Assembly: GCA_040954595.2 (NCBI GenBank)
Contig: CM082589.2
Span: 7,694,132-7,758,131, forward strand
Direction: 5' to 3'
Length of the DNA stretch: 64,000 bases
Source of the DNA: Balanoglossus misakiensis
Lineage: Eukaryota; Animalia; Hemichordata
The notes beneath the pieces are model-generated. The model had not been told where the DNA came from and made no database searches. It saw nothing but the letters and a program-made list of their open reading frames with translations. Both the position numbers and the translations under genes were made by a program. Every line of letters starts with the position of its first letter. Position 1 is the stretch's first letter. Shown piece after piece: positions 38,979 to 52,156 of this stretch.

Positions 38979-40138
38979 AGCCTATTAAAACATGAAGGGA
39001 ACATATTCAACGATGATGATTGAATTGAACAGGTGTATCAGAGAATTCGCGAGTGAAGGCCCTCCGAAAATAATTTGCTCATGCGTTCAATTGTCCGGGC
39101 CACCCGCCTTTCCTATTGCACGAGTGATTTCTTCAGCTGACAAAGGCTTGCAAAAAATGGTGTCAGAATTTCGTTGGCTATCGTTAACAAATTTACGAAT
39201 TTCGTTATCAATCTGGTATTTAAAACTCGCTGAGACCATTTCTTCTTCAGAAAAGTTGCTTGAAGTGATGGGCCAATGTGTTTACAACACAGTCGGGATC
39301 AAAGATGTTCACGTCATTAACTTTCAGAACTGGGAAAGCGTCAGATTTGTTGTTGTTTTTTTCTGTGAAGGTTGACGCTGCGCCAAAAGTGAGACTGATC
39401 AATTTCTAAACAATGTTCAATAAAGTCATACTTTCCCCTTTCAGCTTGGCGTCGTCGTTTTCTTATTTGGATCATATTTTAGACCGGATAAATAAAACAC
39501 GGTTGGCGATAATTACAGAGTATTCACAGTCCCCATCGATAAAATGTATGCCAAAAAAACCTTGGATGGCTCGGCAAAGTTTCACAACGCAACACCACGC
39601 TGTTTAGCCGTACTACCGAGCGCGTATCAGCCTCCGTCGCGCCGTGAGAAGAGACGCGCTGCAGAATCTGGGCGAGATATATGTATCTTTGCACTGCCTT
39701 TATCGAACACAGATGTTAACCAAAACCGAACAGACAAGCTTTAGAAACTTGCCAGCAGAGCATAGTGTCTGTAAATTTTGATCAAGCTCTTGTGCCATGC
39801 CACGTTAAGCATGCTTTATATGTTGTCATAAAATCCCACGTAACTCAACGTCCCGTGAATACATGTAGTCTTATGAATAGACCCCCCCCCCTATCTCAAA
39901 ATACACTGTTCTCTGTGGCTAGCTAAATGGCATCAGTCCAGTGTCGGACGCATACAAGAACTTTAAAGTAAAAATATAAAATGTATTCACAGGGAAACTT
40001 ATTCTGAGCGTATATATGAAAAGTAACAGAAACTCAGGCAAACTTACTGGTGTTGAAAAGTAATCTTCTATAGTCGCACTTTTCCGTCAATCTTGAGTGA
40101 AGCCTATAGGTCTCAGAACTAGTACAACAGTAGTTTGC

Positions 40139-40146
40139 TTTATATA
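40139..40146 (-). promoter_or_regulatory. TATA box (TATATAAA) of peptide gene copy 1
   Basis: Lies ~25-30 nt upstream of a short exon ending in a GTAAGT donor at 40047; identical in copy 2. Confidence 0.65.
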
Positions 40147-43100
40147 AGGTACACAGTGCATATTTTAAGAAATGTATTAATACATGTAGTCGATGATTGA
40201 TGGAATTTGGCAACGAAAATATACTTTATTCAAATTAATCCGGAAGTAGAGGAAGAAATGAGAAGCGTTGGTGACTAACCTGTAATGTCACGTGATCACT
40301 ATGTCTAAAATTAGACTGCTGCAATATGTTTTTGTCCAACTCATGAGTTCTTTTTCTCATCAAAAATAACTTAGAACTGTTTATAGAGTCCATCAAATAC
40401 TAGGAAGAAATAAATCAATAGAGGATGCATTGCCGGCCGAACAATGAAAGAATATACAGAAACTAGTTTCACGAGTAATGCGCGGTGTATTCTGCCGCAG
40501 TACTTTCACGAGCGCAGAATTAAACAACACTTACAGGTGTCTTCATAATCATTGAGCACTGTAGCGTAAGAGTAAATAAAAATTGTGCAAAGATTCACCA
40601 TCAGGATATCTAATATTCAGCTTTTAGGTGATGTGGTTTATAGGTTTTACCTATAGTTACCACAACCGGTCGAATCGGATTTTATAACAGTTGTATTCGT
40701 ACAATTCCCGCATGTGGCCGCATTGCAATGCTTGTTTTCAACAGAATATTAGATCCAGATATTGTAATTTACTACTGTCCCACGCGAAACTGACAACTGG
40801 GTGCCTTGGATATTTTATTTAGAAACGAAATTTAAATATTGACCCGTTTACTACATAGTAAACTGAAAAATGGGTGTAGACGTTATAAATTTACTCGACT
40901 AAAATAAAAAAAAAAGGAACCATCAATTCTGGTAGCATATAGGCCTATGTCCGCCCAGGTACATGTACTTGCCTAATGTGTTATACCAGGTTATCATATC
41001 TGTTCAACAGTTCTTTTCTCATTTCTTTCTTATTTTAGTTCACGAAAAGTTTGAAGGGATACAGTGTCTATAGTATATATTTGAGAAATGTCGTTTGGGT
41101 TGTAAATACGGGTTCCAGCTTGAACTACGCGCGCTTCTGCCTGGTTCCACATGTTGTTGTTGACCGGGGTTGATCAGATTGTTTCTTCTATAATTGCAAA
41201 ATGCACTGTTCTCTTCCAGATAACACAACCAAGCATAGGACCATCATTAAGCCGAACAATTGACAACAGTAGTACAGCTTGTCTCATGCAGGTCTGTGCG
41301 TCTGCATGGGTCCACATCTTTCCTTTTAAAGCATCTAGAGCTTTTTGAATATGCACTTTTTGCATTATTCTCATGATTTTATTTTCCAACCTAAAATTGG
41401 TCCATCTAAATAAGCTTGCTGATAGGTATACATGAACACCTTATCGATGCCCGACAGTGACTGCATGTTGCAATTCGAACACGCTATGTATTAAAACCGT
41501 GCCACACCGATTTAATCAGCCTTAATACAAACAGTACGCAGTTATCGTGGTATGCATCGCCAAGAGATAAGGAATATATTTGAAGTATTTTACTGTGGAA
41601 CAAATGAAATTTGGCAGCTATGATTCAAGACAACCGATTCGGAAAAACACAAACGTACAAAATGCCTTCAAAGAAATGTTTCAATAAATGTACAACAAGC
41701 CTCTGAAATGCTATTTAAACTGATAATTGAATAATGGCCCGATACTGTAAACTGGGTGCCTTTGTAACTCTAGATAGAATGAAAACTGAAAGGTGACCCG
41801 TTTTAACTGATATATGGGTGTGAATGCAATAAATTTACACTGCGAGACTAAAATGGCATCAGTTCTAGTAGTTTGTGGTATGTGCGTAATATAATTGGAA
41901 ACACTGTGCCATGCAAAATGAACACCCATGTAACTTCACAGTTGTTCAAATTTTTATAACAAGACCCGCATTGAGAGCATATCCATGGAAACTCATACAA
42001 GATGTGAGTGTTAATCGCTCACCGAGAGGCAAATGCTAACATATACGACAGTTCAACGCAAACAAAATAGTCGGGTAACCTAATTTCATTATATTAATTA
42101 TATTATATTTTGAAGCAATCAACACATGTATGCAATGGCAATAAGTTGTATTCATAAAATCAACATACGCATTTATTGTACAGACAATATCCCCCCCCCC
42201 CCTCTGTCAGTTTTACTGTACACGGTTTATACAATCTTTGTTAGAGGCCCATCCTTCATGTGCAAAGGTGGATTTAGTTTGCTACAGAAGTTTAATGTTT
42301 TAGTGCCAATTTGTCACGTCAAATTTCATCAGTTGTGAAATGGTAATAACTTGAATGCGAGGTCGGTACATTTATCTGGAGAAGTCACGCCCACATCTTT
42401 ACTTCTAAACGTGGTTAAGACAAACAGAATGAGCTATTTCAACGTTGAGCGCGTACTACACACGTCCAGCGTGTACCGCACATATGCAAAATTCCTTCAC
42501 AGAAATTTAAATTTTCCAATTACTGAAATATACAACAAGCCCCGGAACAATGACCCGATACTGTAATATTGGTGATTTAGATTCTCCGTCTTGAATGAAA
42601 ATGAAAGGTGACCCGCTTAAATTGGAATATGGGTGCGAATGAAATATATTTACACTGCGAGACAAATCGTAGTGAGTCTTGTAGTGTGGCAAGTATTGGG
42701 GGGGGGGGGACAGTGGCTCACAAGATGAGCAATACACGTTGTTTTAGATTTCATATTCATAACATGGCCGGCAGCATTGAAAGGCCAATTCAATGGAAAA
42801 TCATACAAGATACACGTATCACCAAGAGACTGGACGCAACAAAATGGGTCAACTTAATTTTAATTATTGCAGTTTGCTTGGCAATTTATGATTTCAAAAA
42901 CAACTATCAGGTCGATTCCGCCTGCGTGTTGATCATATTGGCCGAAACGGCAGGGGTGTCCCAGCCAAAACAAAAATGGTCGCGAAAATAAGCGGCCGAA
43001 AACCTAAAACCTTCTATTCTTCGCCACATTTCATTTATTGGCTGGTCTGTCTAGTGTACCATCACCCCATCGATGCTAACTTTGAGGGTAAAAAGTAAAC

Positions 43101-43511
43101 ATTACTCAAATATTCATTTCCCCATTTTTTTTACGGAAGTTGCACAGCGGAGTGGAATTGATTGCCTTTATATCATGACATTCCGATGCGGGCGCGTATC
43201 CCCCTGATATCTGGTACGAAAACGAGGCTGAGGGGAATACCCTAAATCGTGCACGTCATAACACGTACTGGTGGTGTCCTAAAAGGAAAAACAAGTTACT
43301 TGTTCATTGTTGCTGAAGAGATATTTGCCCGAGACGGAGTACAAGTTAGCGGTAAAATCACTGCGTAAGATAAGGTAAAACTGACTTGAATTGTTCTTCT
43401 TATCTTTTTGCTAGTTTTGAAGTTGAAAAACCCGATGGAAACACAGGACACTACCACGATATTACCGATGCCTGACTGGGTTTACATATAACGGTATTGC
43501 ATGAGCTTCTG

Positions 43512-43600
43512 TAGCTCTGTGTGGCAGGGCTGTGTGTTGAAAACGGCTATGTGGTTGACGCATAGCCGTTAACAACACAAATCCCTGCCACACAGAGCTG
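43512..43600. mobile_element. Hairpin mini-MITE, duplicate of 31248-31336
   Basis: Same TIRs and GAGCTTCTG TSD. Confidence 0.85.
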
Positions 43601-43700
43601 GAGCTTCTGATAATCTCGTGCCCAGTCGCATTTAGTTTAGTCTCCTGATGAGTGAGTCAGTAATCTAATGCATATCTTTTTGTGGTGTTGTCAACTAAAG

Positions 43701-46700
43701 ATGGCGGCTCATGTGTGTCTTGACCTTTCTGGCGAGGTGGAAACTACACCTGACAAGGTTAACTACGCCAGGATCAGTCGTCTGCTGATCGATGTGGGCA
43801 CCAAGGTGTTGAGAAGTAGGTTCGACGCTATTCATCCGCCAAGTGCATTACCAGGGGTCTTAAACGCAAACAGAAAGACCTTACACGACTTGACGTTAAA
43901 ACCAAAGGTCATAAACAGCGATGTGTGGAAAAGACTTTACCCAACACCACAAACAACAGCCACAACGTCAGCATCTTTTGACATCAGTCTACTCATGATT
44001 CTATTTCGCAACATTTGTGGCCTTAAACCTCCAAAGTCTAACGTATGGAATACTCCCAAACCTAAAAATCATAGCCTGGAAGCTGATCTTGGCAGGATAC
44101 GAAGGTTTCGCAACAGACTTCAGCACGGTCACAATGTGTCTATTACGCACGGTGATTTTCAAACCTTCTGGGATGACATCACTGTTGTTCTGGTGCGCCT
44201 TGGCGCCAAACAGGACGATATCGACAGGTTAAAGACCACGAGTATGGACCCATCTGAGACAGAGAAATGCGAGCAAATTCTGAAGCAATGGGAAGATTCA
44301 GACACTGAGATGAAAGCCTGGATGGCTCGCATGGAAGACAAACAAGATGAACACACTGTTAAACTCAATGAGATTTCAAACCAGATCAGAGACGGTAAAG
44401 AAGAACAAACTGGGAAACTAGACAAGGTCCTGCAACAAGGAAATAAGGTGGAGGAAACCTTAAAGAAGTTCTGTGATTCAGGATCCAACACTAAATCATG
44501 TGATAGTACAGAGCCAGGATCTAGTACACATGCAGGTAAAAAAAAATTACCCACAATCGATAGCGCATTTTTTTATCGACGTTTCCCCTTCAAAATGCCA
44601 AAGTCGGGTCCTTTTCTATCTTTATAATTAATATTCATACCGTATTCCATAGATAGAAGAAACGTCAACTGACTGTATGTTATTCAATATCATTCTGACT
44701 TTAAATGATACATTATTCAATATTGAAAGTATAATCATAAATATGCAATTTAGGCCTACAAAACAGTTTGGCCAAATTTCACATTTGCAGACGAGTTATA
44801 TTACATTCAAGTGATTAAGTGAAAACCATGGCCGAACATAGAGAAAATGTCGACAAGTCTAATATGACAGAGAAGTTATCATCAACGTTAACTTGATATT
44901 TCATATTTCAGATAGGCCTTCTGGACGTCAGAGGTTGGAACAGTGTCTGAAAGAAATCTACAAAAGACGTTTTGCCAAATTTCAACCCCTGCCTTGGAAC
45001 GACCAGTTCTTTCTTTATATGCGTGATGTGTATACACGGTTAGAAGTGGCAGAAGTTGATGAAAGGGGGAAGATGAAGTTGCAAAGTGAAAACCATGCTG
45101 GGGATAATGTGACATTTAAAGACGAAAGAAAAATGTTTGCATTATCTGGAAGTGGACTGAAACCACTGCGAATAAGAGTTGAAGGAGCACCAGGTATAGG
45201 GAAATCAATCTTTTGTAGGAAAATGGCTTATAGCTGGGCTTGTGGAAACTTAGACCAATTTAAGTTGGTACTCCTATTAGAAGCCAGACATATTAATAAG
45301 TCCTCTATTGCAGAGGTCATATTTGATCAGCTACTTCCAGATGATGCAAACATTACTGAAGGTGAGTTACTTGAGATACTGCATGATAATGAGGAATCCA
45401 TTTTGTTTCTTTGTGATGGGTTAGATGAGACGGATGTCAGTATAAAGAAGGATTCACATATGAGTAGAATTATTGCAAAGAAATCACTGTCCAGGAGTAC
45501 AGTTGTTATCACTACAAGACCCCATGAATGTGATACAGAGCTCAAAGATTGTGATTCACATTACAAGATTCAGGGCTTCACGTCAAATGATTGCAAAGAA
45601 TATATGTTAAAGTACTTCAAACAGAACACTGAGAGTGTAAAGAAATTAATATCGGTTCTGGTGTTCGATCTGCGTGTATCGTTTGACTTTGATCACGGCA
45701 AGACAGACAGTGTTCTTTCCAATCCACTATTCATGTCACTCGTGTGTATTCTCTGGGAAGATTACCATGATGGGGAGCCCTTTCCCACCAGACAGACAGA
45801 ATTGTATTCGGAAATTGTACAGTGCATTTTGAAGAGGTATTGTCTTATTAATAAGCAGGGCATCAGCCTCGACGACGATGGAAAAGTACCCATTGATATA
45901 ATAGACGAAATGAATACATTGTCCGAAATTGCATACAAGTACTTAAATAGCAATGATGTCTTGATCAAGGAATCTGATGTAGAACCTCGATGGCTCCTAT
46001 CATTAGGGTTCCTCGTTTGTGATCGTGGGGTTTCAAGAACAAAGCCAAGAAAGGTTTGTTTCTTCTCCCATAAAACCTGGCTCGAGTATTTTGCCGCCTT
46101 ACATATTGCAAAGCGTTTGGGTGAGGGTGACTCATTTGATGAATTCCAGTATCTGTTTGAGAACATCAATCACTTTTACCAGGTTGTGTTGTTCCTTACT
46201 GGTAAACTGAAAAAAAAGGCTGGATGTCTCTTCAGTGCCATGGTACCAGTTGTTGACAAATCATTATATGATGTCGAAGATGTAAATGATCGAAAGAAAG
46301 TAGTGCAGGTAACCAGATTAATCAGAATGTTGGATGAAAGCATTGATTATAAAGACTTTTTCAACAGTGTTTCTCCAATTGTCCAAAAAGTATCCCATTA
46401 CACTTTCTTCACCTCTGGTCTAAGAGATATTTACGAGCCATTCGATCTGTTGGTTCCATATGTTGTCAACTTTATGACGAAACCGAATGATATTTGCTGT
46501 AATATATCCAGTTACAAAATGTACACTATGATCATTGAGTTGTTGGAATATCATCAGAGCACAAAAGCAAAGCCACAGTATGACAAACTCCTTCAGTTGA
46601 ATGTCAGTCAATTAGATGAGTCGCAGCTATCACGCCTGGCTCACGTGCTTGAGCACAATCACATTTCCCTCAAGTGGCTCATTTTGATGGCAGGTGATGA

Positions 46701-47064
46701 AACCAGTGCAGAAACTCTTAGAATTCTCGCAAAGGTTTTCAGGAAAACTCAGGCAGTCAAAAATGTTGCCATACGTGCAGTTGTTGCCGGAAAGGAGGAT
46801 GAGTTCGCTGATTTGTTTGAGAATGTAGTGAAAAATAAGAATGTAAATTGCTTATCACTCCTCGTAATTGGACCATCCAGCACTGAGGTAATCCCTTTTG
46901 AAGCGTTGAGAAGTGGTGACCTCAATGACCTCTGCATCACCGTGGTTCAAGGGGAGAACTTGGCCAACCTGGCAGACTTCCTTCAAAAATGCCAGGGAAA
47001 TACTAACGTTTCGTGTTGCATTTATCACAAAGAGGCCCTTACAGGAGAAAGGGGCTCCACATAA
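43701..47064 (+). CDS. NLR-like protein copy 2: HEPN - coiled coil - NACHT - LRR-like (exons 43701-44535, 44912-47064)
   Basis: Same motifs as copy 1 (RNRLQH, GAPGIGKS, CDGLDE, FSHKTWLEYFAA). All indels relative to copy 1 are in frame. Confidence 0.9.
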
Positions 47065-47696
47065 TTTCGAAATTGAGTCCAAGTTTGAAAGCGCTGAGAA
47101 TGCAAAGTGATTATGTCACATTGTGCAAAAACTTCTCTGACGACAGTCTAAATTTATTGAAGAACAACACAACGTTGGAAGAGTTAGATTTCCTGATAGG
47201 CACTGGAAGTGTACCAGTTATGTGCGAACTAATCAGAACAAACAGGAGATTAACATCACTCGTATGTACTATACCAATAAGTTCTTGCAGGACCTGTGAG
47301 GATTTAGCATCAGAGCTAGAAGCCATACCCGATGCACTCTGCTCAAATTCTACGTTAGAAAGTTTCACTCTCAGTATATATGATGATGTCAGTTCAATAC
47401 GAAAACCAATACCAACCCAAATACAAAATGAAGATGTTTTTGTCAACAATCATGGGTACATTTTGGCTTATCTGATGTTACCGGTGTTTATACATATGAA
47501 GGCTGGCAAGACCGGTTTGAAAAGAATCTCATATAGGTTTCTGGCAGAGTACAGCGATAAGATATTGTATTCCTTCTTGGATTCTTTTTTCAAAGATGAT
47601 ATGAAATCGTATTCAACATACACTTGCAAGAAACTATGTGTACAGTTCACTCGGTGGCATGGTTATGTTCATGAGCTCATCATCAATAGACCTTGA
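47013..47696 (+). CDS. C-terminal LRR-like continuation of NLR copy 2 in the -1 frame
   Basis: Paralog of 34731-35453 with three in-frame deletions (18, 9 and 12 nt). Confidence 0.75.
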   Translation: MLHLSQRGPYRRKGLHIISKLSPSLKALRMQSDYVTLCKNFSDDSLNLLKNNTTLEELDFLIGTGSVPVMCELIRTNRRLTSLVCTIPISSCRTCEDLASELEAIPDALCSNSTLESFTLSIYDDVSSIRKPIPTQIQNEDVFVNNHGYILAYLMLPVFIHMKAGKTGLKRISYRFLAEYSDKILYSFLDSFFKDDMKSYSTYTCKKLCVQFTRWHGYVHELIINRP

Positions 47697-50460
47697 GGGA
47701 AATCATGTCCTATAGGTGAAAGAAGAGGGTATAAGAGAACCTTGTGTCTGTTTCTGTGGTATTTCTGTGGATATCTTTAAGTCCACCTGTCGTCCGAGTC
47801 AGTGGATGAAATTTTGACCACTAAGGAGTTGTATGTGTGTATTGATGGTCTTGTTGGTGGCAGTGGAATTCATATTGCTGCTTCCTCTCGCCTTGTGCTC
47901 TTTTGTCACAATATCAGGTGATTATACCATAGCTTTATATAAACCCAATTGAGTTTTGTTGTCAAGAATGATTTTGAAGCTATTGCAAATGGTACTAGAA
48001 ACATGTTCATCAGATACAAAGTTCTTTCGTCGAATTAAAGAATAATAGTCGGCAATTTAGTCTGAAGGCAGTATTTTCTTGAAACTTGGTGTTCGATTTT
48101 GGAGTACTGATTACAAACAATGGGCGTTATCTGTACACAAAGGACAGTAATTTCTTAGCTGCAAAGTATTGTCATTGTAATCGTTTGGGGGTCACACACA
48201 CCATTAAGACTGTTCTGAAGTGTCACGTTAACACCTCTCCGTAACCCCTTGTCTATGGGGCGAGCGTCAGTGCTATAAATAAACTTCGTGTGTTTGGACA
48301 CAATACGACTCAAAGGATTAATGCTCTGTGTTTACCATAGGCAAATAGTGTTTGAAATGTTGTGTGTGTGTGATCCTGGTATTAGAAACCTAGTATGTAA
48401 TCGTATGTACTAGATGTACAATTTTCATGTGATAATATTTGAACAAACATTTCACTGATATGTACTTGTGTCTTAATTTAAACTTCGAAACAGTTCTTTT
48501 GAAAGGCTATTCTGTTCTATAACACAATTACAAATCACAAGTTTTTAAGTGCATGAGCATTTTCATGTAAAATAAGTTGCCTGCACCCTTCATACTAGAT
48601 GTAGCATAAACTGGGCTCAGTTATTTTGGAGGGAAAGTTACAAAAAATCATGACGTACGACTTAGATGGTAGACATCAAAGTGTGAAGAAAACTGTTCTT
48701 ATTTCTGCTCATTTACCTTGGATGTGATGAAACACATCTTCTAAACCTTTTCATCACCTCAAGGTGTCTTTAGTTTGCTACAGAAGTTAAATGTTTTAGT
48801 GCCAATTTGTCACGTCAAATTTCATCATTTGTGAAATGGTAATAACAAGTTGAATTGCTTTCTTATCGGTATCGTTTATTTTCAACACAGTGTGCGACAA
48901 ACAATGCTACTGGTTACATGAATGCATGACACTACACTGGACAACGACATTTTTTACCCTGCTAACTTTTGGAGTATCTGTAGGCCGCTATTGTCGTACA
49001 TTCCGTGTGTCTGGTTGGTGAACAAAGTGTATTATTACCTAAGCCGTAGGTCTACATGATAAATAAATTTTTACAAAAAACTGTGCGAAATCCTATTGTG
49101 GTTTGATTTCAAAGTAGATGTATTAATATTCACACTATATGCATAATTTGTAGAAATTATTCAACCATTTTTTTTTTTCAAAACTCGGATAAAACAATTT
49201 GGATGTGGTGGATTTAGGCTTCGGGTTCACCGAGAAGATTCACCAACCTCCTTAAGCCCCAACTCGTCCGATGAAACATGAATATTACATTATCGTCCAT
49301 GCGTACATCTGCCGTGGTGAAGTTCTGCTTTTAAAAATCCGGTGAAACATCAATTTGTTCATTATAACTTCGTGTCGCCAAATGTACCAAATCTGAGAAC
49401 CAAAATGTTCATGTTCACACTGAGATAGTAATATCCATTATGTGCCCAACTACCTTTTATTCAGCAGAAGTGAAATTAAAGCAAAAAGTTCCATAACAAT
49501 GCAGAGAAAAGAAAAAGTACATTGCACTTCACTGAACTATGAACTGTGGTATGGTATCCAGGATATTGCAAAATGCTCTGTCAGGTATCACCAGTAGACC
49601 TATGAAGAACATAGAAGAAAACAGAAGATAGATATGTATATGATTATCAAGACACTGGATCATAATACAGGCCTTCAAATAAACTGCCGCACTTCAAGAC
49701 ATACTGGTATGCACCTTACATGCCTACCAGGGAATTGTAAATTGGGAACTGTATTACTGAAAACATAACGAGGATAATATGGAAATTCCTGGGTATTTCA
49801 TCATTGATCTGTGTGCAATACCACACCTCTCTATTAAATACTTAGGGGTATGAATAATCTACATATCTACCCCGTGCCTGTAAGTCTATGTAGGCCTAAC
49901 ACACTCAAAAGTGCAACAAATTCGAGTTTTAAAAACAAATTCTAAAGACATTGCACAGGAAGGTTTCATGATATCAGGTGAGAGATTTTTTTTTCATTCT
50001 TGATCTTCGCAGCATTTTATCACTTTGGCAGGAATCTATAGCTGTAATTACTGTAGCGGGTGCATGCTGCTGGGTTAACAGGTGTTCACAACATCAGTCA
50101 ACCCAGCAGAACCCTCGACAATCATTGCAGCTAGAAGCTGGCCACCATAGACGCGCACACACATACATGCGCGCACATACACAGCAAATACATATTCTAT
50201 GCAACAAAACGTAGACATGATAATTTGAACAATATACATCATGTATAGTTTATTATGTCACTGTCTTTCCATTTCCAGAATTGTGACAGCGCATCTATTT
50301 TTTTTTTTTTTTTTTTTTTTTTATACCGTACTAGCGTCAAATACCTGTAATATTTGGATTTTTTGTACAGTTTGGCCGGTGGCCATTGGTACTGAATAAA
50401 TTATTATTATTTATACACAGAGATACATACATGATTCCAAGTCAATGGGTTCATTTCTCT

Positions 50461-51506
50461 TTAACACAGAAAGGAAAGTGAACGTTCCACATTGTCCATG
50501 AAACCAGCGTAGCGTTCACAGTCTACCTGTTTGTGACAATTTACTAGAGTCTGTGGAACAAAAGACAGCAAAAGCAAAAAAAATTAGGTCCACAGAATGA
50601 TCATATGTTATACATATAACAGGTGCGTGAACAACAAATGACAGCTGTAACCTATATTATCTCGTGAGAACCAGGCTTTCTCGCGAGTAACAGGCTTTAG
50701 AGCATAAAGAAAATCACTTGTACTCGGAGAATTTCAAAAATAAACTCGTAGACTGCATACGTTGACAAACATCAGTGAATTAGCTTTTTGGACAAGCATC
50801 TCATGTGAAAAAAAGAATTCGCTTGTGCAGTATTTTTTTCGAGGCGCGTCCACCTGCAGATGACACACACCAGCGTGTCACCATAGTAACCACACGGACA
50901 GGTTTTATTTAACACGATATATTTAGCAACATTGTTCGTCCCCATCTTATTGCGTAAAGACAGTACTCGTGTTCTCTAGGGCCTTTAACGATTTAACATG
51001 CGAGTTGAATTCATTACATTGAAATACACCATTTGGGTAGCTGGTGGTTTTGAACAGAGAGTTTTAAGATCCCTGATCGTCAACGTCAATGCTTGAAATT
51101 ATTATTCAAATCAGAGTCCCATATTGAAATTAATGTATACTTTCATTTTAGCGTTACGCCTAGCAGGATAAACATGATACATGTTCCATGTCATTATTCA
51201 AATCATAACCGAACTAATATCAACTTACGGTCATAACTGAGCAGTTGTCAAATCCGTCGCTATTTGCCTGAATACAAGAGCTCAAGTTGTCGAAGTCATC
51301 CCCTTCACACTGCGAACAAAAAGTAACATGGAGAATAATTAAGCTGGACGGCCTGACGTGAGGGTGTGTTTAATATATCTGGTATTTTTCATTATTACAT
51401 CCAGTGACTGCATGTATGGCATACTATACGAGCAAACACTTACAATACGATAGGCTTCGGTAGCAATGGCTGTACAAGCCAACAGCATTATGATTAAAAT
51501 CTTCAT
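50461..51506 (-). CDS. Small secreted six-cysteine peptide, copy 2 (77 aa; coding exons 51506-51444, 51309-51229, 50550-50461): MKILIIMLLACTAIATEAYRICEGDDFDNLSSCIQANSDGFDNCSVMTTLVNCHKQVDCERYAGFMDNVERSLSFLC
   Basis: Identical exon sizes (63/81/90 nt), splice sites, cysteine spacing and stop position to copy 1. Confidence 0.88.
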
Positions 51507-52148
51507 AGCCTATTTAAACGAGAAGGGAACATATTCAACGGTGATGATTGTAACAGAGAATTCACGAGTGAAGGCCCTCCGAAAATAATTTGCACATACG
51601 TTTAATTGTCCGGGCCACCCGCCTTTCCTATTACGTTGGCTATCGTTAACAAATTTACGAATTTCGTTATCAATCTGGTATTTAAAACTAAATTTGCATA
51701 GGTGACAGTATACCTTTAACCAAAACCGAACAGATAAGCTTTGGAAACTTGCCAGCATAGCATAGTGTCTGTAAACTTTGAACAAGCTCTTGTGCCATGC
51801 CACGTTAAGCATGCTATATGTTGTCATAAAATCCCACGATATTCAACGTCCTGTGAATACATGTAGTCTTATGAATAGACCCCCCCCCCCCTTCCCCCAA
51901 TCTCAGAATACTCTGTTCTCTGTGGCTAGCTAAATGGTATCAGTCAAGTGTCGGACGCAATAAAGAAGAGCTTTAAAATAAAATATGAAATTGATCAAAA
52001 GGAAACTTATTCTGAGAGTAAATGTGAAAAGTAACAGAAACTCAGGCAAACTTACTGGTGTTGAAAAGTAATCTTCTATAGTCGCAATTTTCCGTCAATC
52101 TTGAGTGAAGCCTATAGGTCTCAGAACTATATTGCAACAGTAGTTTGC

Positions 52149-52156
52149 TTTATATA
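52149..52156 (-). promoter_or_regulatory. TATA box of peptide gene copy 2
   Basis: TATATAAA upstream of a non-coding exon with its donor at 52055. Confidence 0.65.
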
